The translations under genes were made by a program, and so were the position numbers. Below are positions 27,501 through 35,353 of a DNA stretch of 64,000 nt, piece by piece. The stretch covers positions 1-64,000 of the forward strand of contig CAYVBK010000015.1 in assembly GCA_964449465.1 (NCBI GenBank), read 5' to 3'. How positions within the stretch are numbered: the first letter of the stretch is position 1; each line of letters starts with the position of its first letter. A model generated the notes under the pieces. That model did not search any database and was not told where the DNA came from. It worked only from the letters and a program-made list of their open reading frames with translations. Source of the DNA: an uncultured Anaerolineae bacterium (GTDB lineage Bacteria; Chloroflexota; Anaerolineae; JAFGEY01).

Positions 27501-28773
27501 CGATACGCTGCTTGAGAGTAAGCCCATCGCCAACCTGTCTCAAATCAGCAAAAGCCGCCATAGCCGCCTGCATCTCCCAGGCCACCCGCACTGCTCGTTC
27601 GGGATCGTCTACATGGGCACGCGGCGCGCCAAACATTGCCATAATGCGGTGCCCAACCACATAGCTGTCCACCTTGTCAATCACGCCCTCATAGCGATGA
27701 ATGATCTCGTGCATACGAGTAAAATGCTGGTTGAGAATCTCGGTGATCAGGGCCGCCTGCCGCGTGCCGAGATGGGTGATCAGTTCTTCGGTGCCGTAAA
27801 AGTTGGCAAACATGACCGTGACTGGACGGAATTCGCCCATGCGCCGCCCGGCCACACGCACCGGGTCAAAACGCAGCAGATCGAGCAAGCCAGGGGGAAG
27901 AAATGGCGTCAGGGCATCCAGTTGATCGGCAGCCAGAGACAGGTCAAGGCCGGCCGCGGGCCACCGCGCATCGGCCGAAACGGAAGCAATCAAAGAAGCG
28001 GCTTGCCGTTCATGGATGGCGACCAACTTGTAGCAGCCGTTACGCACCTCGCCGATCTCGATGCAAGATTTTGTCAGTTGAAAGGTGTTTTCATCAATAA
28101 AAATCTCGCCGCCCTCGGCCTGATCTTCGGCCAGAGCCATATTGGCCAGGGCCTCGCCCATCACGGTATACTCCATCTTGTCGGGCGTACCCAGGTTGGC
28201 CGTGAACAGCAACCCAGAGCCAAGCCCCACTGTCATCTTGAGGCGAAAGGTCTCACCCAAAGCCTGCACCTCGCTAAAGCGAACAATCGCCTGCTGCATT
28301 TCGACGGCGGCCAGGCAGGCATGCACGGCATGGTCTACCGTATCGGAGTTGTCATCACCGAAAAAAGCCACCAATAGCGCATCACCGCCAAACTTGAGCA
28401 AATCACCGCCGTGTTGGGCGGCAATGTCGAGCATACGGGTGAAATAACTGCCCACAATGTTGGTGATGGTCTCGGCGCCCTCTTCACCTTTCAGCGACAG
28501 CCGCTCCGACATGGCCGTAAAACCGGAAATGTCGGCAAACATGATCGTAGCCTCGCGAAACCGCCCGCTGACGCGCCCCGGACGAGGGTCACGCAATTCT
28601 TCACAGGCCAGGTAACGTGGCAGATACGAGGTCACAGCACGCAACAGTGCGTCGAGATGCTGCGCCGCCACTTGAATGTCCGGTCCAGCCTGCATCGCCT
28701 CGAGCAGCGGCGCGGGCGAATAGCGACGCAGGCGGTCAATCAGGTTGGGGAGCGAGCCGGGTTGGAGATTCAT
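24577..28773 (-). CDS. Multidomain signalling protein with two adenylate/guanylate cyclase catalytic domains, an AAA/NTPase domain and TPR repeats (1398 aa).
   Basis: First cyclase-like segment IMFADISGFTAMSE..KFGGDALLVAFFG. Second VTVMFANFYGTEE..INTGRVFAGNVGS. P-loop LDVHGEMGMGKSRILEEL. C-terminal third holds TPR-like repeats. No HTH recognised. Confidence 0.75.
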   Translation of the reverse strand: MNLQPGSLPNLIDRLRRYSPAPLLEAMQAGPDIQVAAQHLDALLRAVTSYLPRYLACEELRDPRPGRVSGRFREATIMFADISGFTAMSERLSLKGEEGAETITNIVGSYFTRMLDIAAQHGGDLLKFGGDALLVAFFGDDNSDTVDHAVHACLAAVEMQQAIVRFSEVQALGETFRLKMTVGLGSGLLFTANLGTPDKMEYTVMGEALANMALAEDQAEGGEIFIDENTFQLTKSCIEIGEVRNGCYKLVAIHERQAASLIASVSADARWPAAGLDLSLAADQLDALTPFLPPGLLDLLRFDPVRVAGRRMGEFRPVTVMFANFYGTEELITHLGTRQAALITEILNQHFTRMHEIIHRYEGVIDKVDSYVVGHRIMAMFGAPRAHVDDPERAVRVAWEMQAAMAAFADLRQVGDGLTLKQRIGINTGRVFAGNVGSDTRHEYSVMGDQVNLTSRLMSAAQEGQILISASTAAQIGKQFLLDEKKPVRVKGKSQPVPNYDVQGILERAPGRHIARPTPMIGRDDEWRAIWQVAEQSLQGQPRLLDVHGEMGMGKSRILEELMDRWVERGGVVLFGASLSYNRHTPFAPWTPILRDMLGLHADESDGVRIIERLRSIQPTWADWAALVAQVTQTPLPESDLLRSLDPKLRQQNLQRMIAGLVQAEAALHPLLIILDDLQWIDELSLSLFSHIVTHAQDIPLLFCVAYRPDEVVQLAAPPHTIVVLVPLSDDGSLALLNSELPTQAPIPQPLKNVILKNAQGNPLFIVEMAHALIENYLSFDPAGGVYRARADLERIQAPDTISRVILSRLDRLDEPSRNLLKVASAIGRLFQQWLLESVYPYRASEAEMTQSLLDMCNKAILDRDPSGVQVAFLFRHVMTREVAYETLLYAERRDLHRRIAQAIEKQDIHIDDYVESLAEHYSLAEEWTAALPYHLQAGQRAQSIYANQDAIHRYRQALQVAAHVPGSQEQQWLAHDRLCQIFITIGEYDQAIQHNDAALSLVLPISDTPEQLACRLADRCRKAASIYEKKSDYAAAFNWLRGGLMALEGRDSPQAALEAAQIRLVGASIYHRQGDNGQALQWCEQSLDIANRLSGDDPARLRVLAHVWYLQGAIYLRYGQAERVLDVCARSLDIYRQIGDIAGESQALINMAVAHFNRAEWPQARQNYDRALQIKERMGDVYGRALVANNLAEIYLNQGELDRAEELYRASLRTWTELGSIYGMGFLSNGLAVVAIRRQDWAQAAALLERSLTLFAQIKTEDLLSEIYRHQVEVCLGQGDLDRAMEWGRRSLDCAIAQEMKLEEGIARRVLGQVYAARGKHGQAADLLDSALGILEQLNNPYEMGQVLLHRGMLCSSQNLQAQAEQDLAQAMGIFAELGALPELERAQAMAAACRHE

Positions 28774-29000
28774 AGGGCTTGAAATTCCTGTCTTTTGTGC
28801 TGGGGTAGGGTGTAATTTCCTGTATTATACCACGAAAAAGGTGGAGCATGCAGAACGGTTGTCATACATCAAGCCGCCAGCCCGACACTAAAGCCGCCCT
28901 CTCTGCCGCCCGACGCTAAAGCGTCGGGCTGAAAGAACTACCGCCCTCTCAGCGCCTGCCTTGAGAAGCGCCGCACGCCCACGTGCGGCTATTTCAAGAG

Positions 29001-29028
29001 TTGCCCTTTTCCCACAAAGTGATATAAT
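29001..29028 (+). promoter_or_regulatory. Sigma70-like promoter for zur (TTGCCC-N16-TATAAT, with extended TG).
   Basis: TTGCCCttttcccacaaagTGaTATAAT lies ~40 nt upstream of the zur ATG. Same -35/-10 pattern as the regulator promoters. Confidence 0.45.
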
Positions 29029-29040
29029 AGAGCCAATAAA

Positions 29041-29055
29041 TGAAAAACTTTTTCA
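29041..29055. promoter_or_regulatory. Palindromic Zur-box candidate (TGAAAAA-C-TTTTTCA) overlapping the zur transcription start region.
   Basis: Perfect 7-1-7 inverted repeat between the -10 box and the zur RBS. Similar to the znuA box. Confidence 0.45.
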
Positions 29056-29069
29056 ACTAGGTCTATCTC

Positions 29070-29492
29070 ATGTCCGAACAAAATGAAATGACTCTGGCTC
29101 TGCGCAATGCTGGCTACCGGCTGACCCTGCCACGCCTGGCCGTGCTGCAAGTGCTGCAACAAAGCGATGAACAACTCAACCCGATGGATATTTACGAGCG
29201 CGGCCGGGCCATCTATAGCCGGCTGGGCCTGGTGACGGTGTACCGCACGCTGGACATCCTGGATGAGTTGGGCATCGCCCGGCGGGTACACACCGAGGGC
29301 GACTGTCATGGCTTTGCCCGCGCCCAAGATGAGCGGCACTATTTGATCTGTCGTCGCTGCCACCGCGTGGCCGATTTTCCCTGCGATGGCCTGGCCGACC
29401 TGATCGCCCAGGTGCAGCAGCTCACCGGCTATCGCGTGGATGCACACCTGGTAGAGTTGACCGGCCTGTGCCCGACCTGCCAGAGCAAATAG
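29070..29492 (+). CDS. zur: Fur-family transcriptional regulator, probably the zinc-uptake regulator Zur.
   Basis: Fur-like fold (..LTLPRLAVLQVL..HPMDIYE..VYRTLDILDELGIA..HxxC..CxxC..). Lies immediately upstream of znuACB. Confidence 0.75.
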   Translation: MSEQNEMTLALRNAGYRLTLPRLAVLQVLQQSDEQLNPMDIYERGRAIYSRLGLVTVYRTLDILDELGIARRVHTEGDCHGFARAQDERHYLICRRCHRVADFPCDGLADLIAQVQQLTGYRVDAHLVELTGLCPTCQSK

Positions 29493-29558
29493 GCTGTCTG
29501 GTCAGGCCAACCTGGATCTCGGTTGTTTGGGGTTGGCCTTGCTTTTCTGACCGGGTTA

Positions 29559-29575
29559 TTGAAAATTTTTTTCAA
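29559..29575. promoter_or_regulatory. Palindromic Zur-box candidate (TTGAAAA-TTT-TTTTCAA) directly upstream of the znuA RBS.
   Basis: Perfect 7-3-7 inverted repeat, AT-rich, lying 8 nt before SD AAAGGAG of znuA. Confidence 0.5.
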
Positions 29576-29588
29576 AAAGGAGTAGAAT

Positions 29589-30587
29589 ATGAGTCTATGG
29601 CGCAAGTGGGGAATTGGGCTGCTGGTACTGGTGCTTTTGGCGACCGGCTGCCAGAAATCGCAGGAGGAGCATCACCAGGATGCATTGCCCACCCTCCAGG
29701 CGGCGCGGTTGGGCCAGGGGCAAAAGCTTCAGGTGGTGGCCACCACCAGCATCGTGGGCGATGTGGCGCGGCAGGTGGGCGGCGAGTGGATTGACCTGAC
29801 CGTGCTGCTGCCGTTGGGAACCGATCCGCATGCATTTGACCCGACGCCGCAGGATGCCGCAGCCATCGCCCGCGCCCATGTGGTATTGATCAACGGGGCG
29901 GGGTTGGAAACGTTTATGGATCGGCTGATCCAGAGCGCAGGGGACAAGACGCCGGTAGTGCCGCTGTCGGCCAGCATCGAGTTGCTGATGACGGAGGCGG
30001 AACATGCAGACGAGCATGAGGGTGATGAGCACGAGAATGAGGAGGAACATCATCACGAGGGCGGCGACCCGCACGTGTGGTTTGACCCCAACCTGGTGAT
30101 GGTGTGGGTGAACAATGTCGAGCAGGTGTTCAGCGCGTTGGACCCGCAGCATGCATCCGCTTACCAGGCCAATGCGGCGGCCTATCGAGAAAAATTAAAG
30201 GAATTGGACGGCTGGATCCGCGAGCAGGTGGCTCTGCTGCCGCAGGCTCACCGCAAGCTGGTAACAGACCACGAATTGTTTGGCTATTTTGCGCAGCGGT
30301 ATGGTTTTGAGCAGGTGGGGGCGGTGATTCCGGGCTATAGCACGCTGGCGGCGCCGTCGGCGCAAGAGTTGGCCGAACTGGAAACGCGCATCCGCGAGTT
30401 GGGGGCGCGGGCTGTGTTGGTCGGGCAGACGGTCAATCCAGAGTTGGCCCGCCGCGTGGCCGATGACACCGGCACGCGCCTGGTGTTTGTGTATCACGGT
30501 TCGTTGAGCGAGCCGGGCGGCCCGGCGGGTGACTATGTGTCGTTGATGCGGTACAATGTATCGGCCATCGTGGACGCACTGAAATAG
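29589..30587 (+). CDS. znuA: Zinc ABC transporter substrate-binding lipoprotein (ZnuA/TroA family) with a His-rich loop.
   Basis: Lipobox LLATGC. His/Asp/Glu-rich loop EHADEHEGDEHENEEEHHHEGGDPH is typical of ZnuA. TroA-fold motifs present. Confidence 0.85.
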   Translation: MSLWRKWGIGLLVLVLLATGCQKSQEEHHQDALPTLQAARLGQGQKLQVVATTSIVGDVARQVGGEWIDLTVLLPLGTDPHAFDPTPQDAAAIARAHVVLINGAGLETFMDRLIQSAGDKTPVVPLSASIELLMTEAEHADEHEGDEHENEEEHHHEGGDPHVWFDPNLVMVWVNNVEQVFSALDPQHASAYQANAAAYREKLKELDGWIREQVALLPQAHRKLVTDHELFGYFAQRYGFEQVGAVIPGYSTLAAPSAQELAELETRIRELGARAVLVGQTVNPELARRVADDTGTRLVFVYHGSLSEPGGPAGDYVSLMRYNVSAIVDALK

Positions 30588-30604
30588 CGACCGCCAAAAC
30601 AGCA

Positions 30605-30738
30605 AGGAGTGTACTGAAAAACCCTTTTACCACCAAGACACAAAGAACACAAAGAATTTCTAAAAACTCAAAAGCATTGTAAACCTTGGTGTTCTCGGTG
30701 TCCTTTGTGGTAGAAATAGACTTTTTCAGCGGCCTCCA
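30605..30738. mobile_element. MITE-like element (copy B) in the znuA-znuC intergenic region.
   Basis: Same family (..ccaccaagacacaaagaacacaaag...gtgtcctttgtggtagaaatagactttttcagcggcctcc). Lies 18 nt after the znuA stop and 48 nt before the znuC ATG. Confidence 0.7.
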
Positions 30739-30786
30739 AGGGGGATATAGGTGTCCTCAATCCAGGATATTCAAAAGGAGCGTTTC

Positions 30787-31605
30787 ATGCCTGCAAACAA
30801 AGGCTCAAGACTGGCCGTACACGACCAGAATGCGCCGATTTTGGAGGCGGCCGGGCTGACGGTGCGCTATCAAGGGCGGACGGCGTTGGAAGCGGTGTCG
30901 TTTCGGCTGGAGCGGGGCGAGCGGGTGGCGGTGGTGGGGCCGAACGGAGCCGGCAAAAGCACGCTGTTCAAAGTGGTGGCCGGGGTGATCCGACCGACGG
31001 CGGGCCAGGTGCGGGTGGCCGGCTCTAGCCCAGGACGGCACATTTGCATCGCCTATGTGCCGCAGCGCAGCCAGGTAGATTGGAGCTTTCCGGTGACGGT
31101 GGCCGATGTGGTGATGATGGGGCGGACCGGACGGGTGGGCTGGCTGCGGCGGCCGGGTCGGCGTGACGAGGCGCAGGTGCGTGAGTGTCTGGCGGTGGTG
31201 GGGCTGGACAACCTGGCCGGGCGGCAAATCGGTGAATTGTCGGGGGGGCAGCAGCAGCGCATGTTTATCGCCCGCGCCCTGGCCCAAGAGGCCGACCTGG
31301 TGCTGATGGATGAGCCGTTGAATGGGCTGGATGTGCCGTCGCAACAAGATATTTTTGGCATTTTGGACGAACTGCGGCGACGCAGGGTGACGGTGATGGT
31401 GGCTACGCACGATTTGCAGCAGGCGGCCGAGCAGTTTGATCGCACCATGTTGTTGAACGGGCAATTGTTGGGTTTTGGGCGACCGGCCGAGGTGTTCCGC
31501 CCGGAACTGCTGCACGCTGCTTATGGCGGGCATTTGCACATGGTGCAAAACGGCAACGGCCTGATGATGTTGGGCGACACGTGCTGTGGACGGGATGAGG
31601 GCTAG
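30787..31605 (+). CDS. znuC: Zinc/manganese ABC transporter ATP-binding protein.
   Basis: ATG at 30787 follows SD AAAGGAG. Walker A GPNGAGKST, signature LSGGQQQR and Walker B LVLMDEP. Confidence 0.85.
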   Translation: MPANKGSRLAVHDQNAPILEAAGLTVRYQGRTALEAVSFRLERGERVAVVGPNGAGKSTLFKVVAGVIRPTAGQVRVAGSSPGRHICIAYVPQRSQVDWSFPVTVADVVMMGRTGRVGWLRRPGRRDEAQVRECLAVVGLDNLAGRQIGELSGGQQQRMFIARALAQEADLVLMDEPLNGLDVPSQQDIFGILDELRRRRVTVMVATHDLQQAAEQFDRTMLLNGQLLGFGRPAEVFRPELLHAAYGGHLHMVQNGNGLMMLGDTCCGRDEG

Positions 31606-31651
31606 TCGGTCGGCTGGTCTGGCCGAAGGAGGGTTGAGGGGAGGGTTGAGA

Positions 31652-32500
31652 ATGTCAATGTGGGACTGGTTGATCGAGCCGTTGAGGTATCCGTTTATGC
31701 AGCGGGGGCTGGTGGCGGCGGTGATGGTGGGTGTGGTGTGTGCGGTGGTGGGCGTCTATGTGGTGCTGCGCGGCCTGGCCTTTTTCGGCGATGCGCTGGC
31801 ACACGCCATTTTGCCGGGCGTGGCGGTGGGTTATCTGGTGGGCGGTGGAGCGCGCGGGCCGCTGTTTTGGTGGGGGCTTGGCACGGCGGTGCTGACGGCG
31901 TTGGGCATTGGGGCCATCGGCAAGGGGGCACGGGTCAAGGAGGACACGGCCATCGGCATTATTTTTGCGGGTATGTTTGCGCTGGGCATCGCCTTGATCT
32001 CGACAGTGCGCAGCTATGCGGTAGACCTGGCTCATTTTTTGTTTGGCGACGTGCTGGGCGTGTCGGCGGGTGATCTGTGGCTGACCGGCGTGTGGGGTGG
32101 TGTGGTCATTTTGACCATCATCTTGTTTTACAAGGAATTTCTCATCCTGTCGTTCGATCCGGTGCTGGCGGCGACTTTGCGACTGCCGCTGGGTCTGTTG
32201 CACAATGCGCTGCTGGTGCTGATCGCGCTGACGGTGGTGGTGTCTTTGCAGACGGTGGGGGTGGCCTTGATGGTGGCCATGCTGGTGACGCCGGCGGCGA
32301 CGGCCTATTTGCTAACCCGCCGCCTGCCAACGATGATGGTTCTGGCGGCGATCATTGGCGCGGCGAGCGGGGTGGTGGGGCTGTATCTGTCGTATTATGC
32401 GCGAGTGGCGTCGGGGGCGGCGGTGGTGCTGACCGCAACGGGGTGTTTTGTGTTGGCATTTCTCCTGGCCCCGGGGCGCGGTGTGGTGTGGAAAAAATAG
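31652..32500 (+). CDS. znuB: Zinc/manganese ABC transporter permease (ZnuB/ABC-3 family).
   Basis: ATG at 31652 follows GGAGGG. Polytopic membrane protein (MSMWDWLIEPLRYPFMQRGLVAAVMVGVV...). Confidence 0.8.
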   Translation: MSMWDWLIEPLRYPFMQRGLVAAVMVGVVCAVVGVYVVLRGLAFFGDALAHAILPGVAVGYLVGGGARGPLFWWGLGTAVLTALGIGAIGKGARVKEDTAIGIIFAGMFALGIALISTVRSYAVDLAHFLFGDVLGVSAGDLWLTGVWGGVVILTIILFYKEFLILSFDPVLAATLRLPLGLLHNALLVLIALTVVVSLQTVGVALMVAMLVTPAATAYLLTRRLPTMMVLAAIIGAASGVVGLYLSYYARVASGAAVVLTATGCFVLAFLLAPGRGVVWKK

Positions 32501-32585
32501 CCTGTCGTGCCGGTTTCGACAGGCTCAATCGGCGTGACAGGCTCAGGTTTCGACAGGCTCAATCGGCGCAAGGAATGGAGCAAAT

Positions 32586-33374
32586 TCAGGGCATCACCGT
32601 CCAGGACATCAAGACGCGGCTCTGGTTATCCAACAGGGTGAGCTGGCTGCGTTGAATTTGAAAACTGGCCGCCTGGCTCAGAGCATGGAGGACCTGCTGT
32701 TCGCGTTGATCGATCTCGCCAGAGCAGGCCATTTTGGTGGAGGCCAGGGGGCCGATCTGGATGGAATTGTCTTGCACCTGCACCGGGCCGGAAAAGGTGT
32801 TGCAACCGCCCAAGCCGCTGACCCGGTCGCCCTGGATAGTCAGGGTGATTTTTTCGTCGCCGACCATGCTCACCATGGCCTCGCCCTGGCTCACGCCGGC
32901 AAGCTGCCAGACGACACCTTGCAGCGACACAGAGCGGGCTGGCTGAAAGACCAGCACGCCCTCGCTGCCTTGCAAGGTCAGGCGGTCACCTTCCAGCCGA
33001 AATGTGGTGATGGCTTGAAACAGGCGCAAGAACTGATCTTCTTGCTGCATCTGTGGCGGCTCACACATCATCATGGTGACGGCAAGATCGGGCGATCCAA
33101 AGACAAAACGGTCGCCCTGGAGTTGATAGCCGCGTCCATAGTGGTTGCAGCCGGTGACGCCGCCCATCTTGCCGTCGGTGAAATCGAGCGTGGCCGGGGC
33201 GTTGGGCAGGGCTGGGGTCAGGGCATCGGGCTGACCATAGCCAGACAGGTCCCAACGGGTGCCGTCTAGCAGGTCGGCAGTGGAGGTCGGCGTGGGGGCG
33301 GCGCGACATGCACTCAACCCCAGCCATACAGCCAGCAGCAGGGCAAACGCGCGACTTGATAGATTGAATTTCAT
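32586..33374 (-). CDS. Lipoprotein with two META (HslJ-like, DUF306) domains.
   Basis: Lipobox LGLSAC. Two ..GCNxY/GCNTF.. META-type repeats. SD GAGGAG before the ATG at 33374. Confidence 0.65.
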   Translation of the reverse strand: MKFNLSSRAFALLLAVWLGLSACRAAPTPTSTADLLDGTRWDLSGYGQPDALTPALPNAPATLDFTDGKMGGVTGCNHYGRGYQLQGDRFVFGSPDLAVTMMMCEPPQMQQEDQFLRLFQAITTFRLEGDRLTLQGSEGVLVFQPARSVSLQGVVWQLAGVSQGEAMVSMVGDEKITLTIQGDRVSGLGGCNTFSGPVQVQDNSIQIGPLASTKMACSGEIDQREQQVLHALSQAASFQIQRSQLTLLDNQSRVLMSWTVMP

Positions 33375-33454
33375 GTTCTACTCCTCTGGTATTATGGGGT
33401 GTGCGCAAAACTTTTGCACATCCAAGACGCCAGAGGCAGCCATTGTGTTCCAAC

Positions 33455-33605
33455 AAGTCCGCTGAAAAAACTGGGAGCGTGCTGAAAAACCCTCTCAACA
33501 CCAAGACACAAAGGACACCAGGCATTTCTAAAAACTCAAAAGCATCGTAAACCTTGGTGTTTTCGGTGTCCTTTGTGGTAGAAATAGACTTTTTTTCAGC
33601 GGATT
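33455..33605. mobile_element. MITE-like element (copy C), with a short internal duplication of its left end.
   Basis: Same family. Left end reads gtccgctgaaaaaactgggagcgtgctgaaaaaccc, a partial duplication. Confidence 0.65.
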
Positions 33606-33611
33606 CTGTTT

Positions 33612-35339
33612 TTATCGCCGCAGCAGCCAGGCAGCCAGCGCGGCCAGAGACAGCAGCACGGCCGCCGATCCACACAGGCCTTTTTTAGGCTCAACAGGGG
33701 CAGGTGTATCGGTGGGGGCAACCGGCTGATCGGGTTTGGGTGTGTGGGTGGGTGCGGCCGGTTGGATGGGTTTGGGTGTGTAGGTGGGCGCGGGCTGGTC
33801 TGGCGGTGGCTGCTGGATGCTGCCGACGAACAGGCCTAGATCGTCTATCCACACGCTGCCCTGACCAGGGGTAAAGCTGAAGGACAGGCCGGTGATGCGC
33901 GCCGGGTCGAGTTGTTTCAGGCCGGCTTGTTCGGCCCACGAGGCCCGCACAAAGGCATCCCAGGGCAGCACTACCTCGCCCCAACCGCTCACATGCGAGG
34001 CGTCGGTGAAAAATTCGGCCTCAAAGGGAGTGGCGGCAGCCGGATCGCCGCTATACAGCACCAGGCGCATGGGATAGCCGGCCTCGCCGGCGTGCAGCCA
34101 AAACGACAGGCCAACCCCGCCGCTCCAATCCTGGACATCCTCAAACCCGGTGCTGGTGTCGCCCCAACCGCCTTCAACGATGCGATAGTCGCTGCGCAAG
34201 GAGGCATTTCCGCCATGTTTGACCGCCGTATCCACATCGGAAACCACCGTAGATTTGTCGCCATCGCCGCTAGAACCCCACCAGCTTTCGCCTTCCCAGT
34301 CTTCGATCACCTCGCCGGGCCGGGTGGGCAATGGGGCAGAGGGTGTCGGAGTGGGCTGCGCCTCGGCGGCCGGCGTGGGGGTCGCCGCCTGGGGTTGAGA
34401 GGTGGGGGTGGGCGCCGGCGCGGCAGGGGCATTCTTCCAGCGATTGTAGAACACGTTGAGCAGCGGCACAAATTCAGCAGTGGCTTTGGTATGGCCGGCG
34501 GTGCTGGGGTGACTGTCGTCGGTGGGATAAGCGGAAAAATTGCTTTTGTCGGCCTGAATGTGTTCGACCTGGCCGTTGCGCCACCAATGGTGATTGCCAG
34601 ACGCAGTCAGCACGTTGTAGTAATCAAAGACGGCGACGTTTTTGTAAGGATAGCCCTTGAGCCACTCGTTGACCAGCCAGTTGTTGAATGCGCGGGCATT
34701 GGCGGCACGGGCGGTCGTCGTGTCGCTCTTGCGCAGCGGCGGCGCGGTGATCACCACAAAGAGTCTGTCCTGGCGGGCCTGAAAATAGGTCAACAGGTTG
34801 AGATAAACGGCCTTGGCGTTGCTGACCGTGTACTCGTCATTGGGCGCCGCTGCCGGCGGGTCGTCGGGGCGACCTTCCAGGTCTGAATTGGGAAAGCAGG
34901 ATTTGAACATGATGATGGTGTTTTCGCCGCCGGGGTTGGTGGGCAGCCGCGACCAGGAGCCAAAATCGCCGATGTTTTGGCCATTTTCACGATATAAGGC
35001 GTTCAAATAGGTGTTGCTTTCGGGACCGGTGAACCATTCCGGCCAGTTGGGGATGTCGGTGCGATCGCCGATGGCGTCTGGCCCCCAGCCATAGTTGGTA
35101 GCGCTGACGTAATAGTTGTTGTCGCGCAGGGCGATACCCAGCCCGCCATAGGGTTGATCGTTGCTGGGATCGGCCAGCCAGTTGCCGCCGGTGGAGTGAT
35201 GGATGAAAATCAGCCTGACCGGAGCCGTGGGCGGATTGGGGTTGTCGGCTTGGGCGACGGCCGGTTGGACGGCCGGCAAGACGGCGAGCATCAACATCAG
35301 CCCCAATATGACACGATAGATGAGTTTTGGGATGCGCAT
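33612..35339 (-). CDS. Secreted hypothetical protein (possible hydrolase), with a C-terminal TM/Arg tail. Paralog of 35354..36670.
   Basis: ATG at 35339 follows SD AGGAGG (the track ORF was extended upstream). Signal peptide present. Conserved core NPNPPTAPVRLIFIHHSTGGNWLAD..YYVSATNYGWGPD..IIMFKSCFPNS is shared with the paralog. C-terminus ..EPKKGLCGSAAVLLSLAALAAWLLRR looks like a sorting or anchor signal. Confidence 0.5.
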   Translation of the reverse strand: MRIPKLIYRVILGLMLMLAVLPAVQPAVAQADNPNPPTAPVRLIFIHHSTGGNWLADPSNDQPYGGLGIALRDNNYYVSATNYGWGPDAIGDRTDIPNWPEWFTGPESNTYLNALYRENGQNIGDFGSWSRLPTNPGGENTIIMFKSCFPNSDLEGRPDDPPAAAPNDEYTVSNAKAVYLNLLTYFQARQDRLFVVITAPPLRKSDTTTARAANARAFNNWLVNEWLKGYPYKNVAVFDYYNVLTASGNHHWWRNGQVEHIQADKSNFSAYPTDDSHPSTAGHTKATAEFVPLLNVFYNRWKNAPAAPAPTPTSQPQAATPTPAAEAQPTPTPSAPLPTRPGEVIEDWEGESWWGSSGDGDKSTVVSDVDTAVKHGGNASLRSDYRIVEGGWGDTSTGFEDVQDWSGGVGLSFWLHAGEAGYPMRLVLYSGDPAAATPFEAEFFTDASHVSGWGEVVLPWDAFVRASWAEQAGLKQLDPARITGLSFSFTPGQGSVWIDDLGLFVGSIQQPPPDQPAPTYTPKPIQPAAPTHTPKPDQPVAPTDTPAPVEPKKGLCGSAAVLLSLAALAAWLLRR

Positions 35340-35353
35340 GTGAACCTCCTTTT

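Noticed and set aside
29589-30152. ORF 29595..30152 (minus strand) and other ORFs overlapping znuA, znuC and znuB (30805..31548, 31655..32203, 32077..32655).
   Set aside because: They are antisense to, or out of frame with, the zinc ABC transporter genes. They have no motifs.
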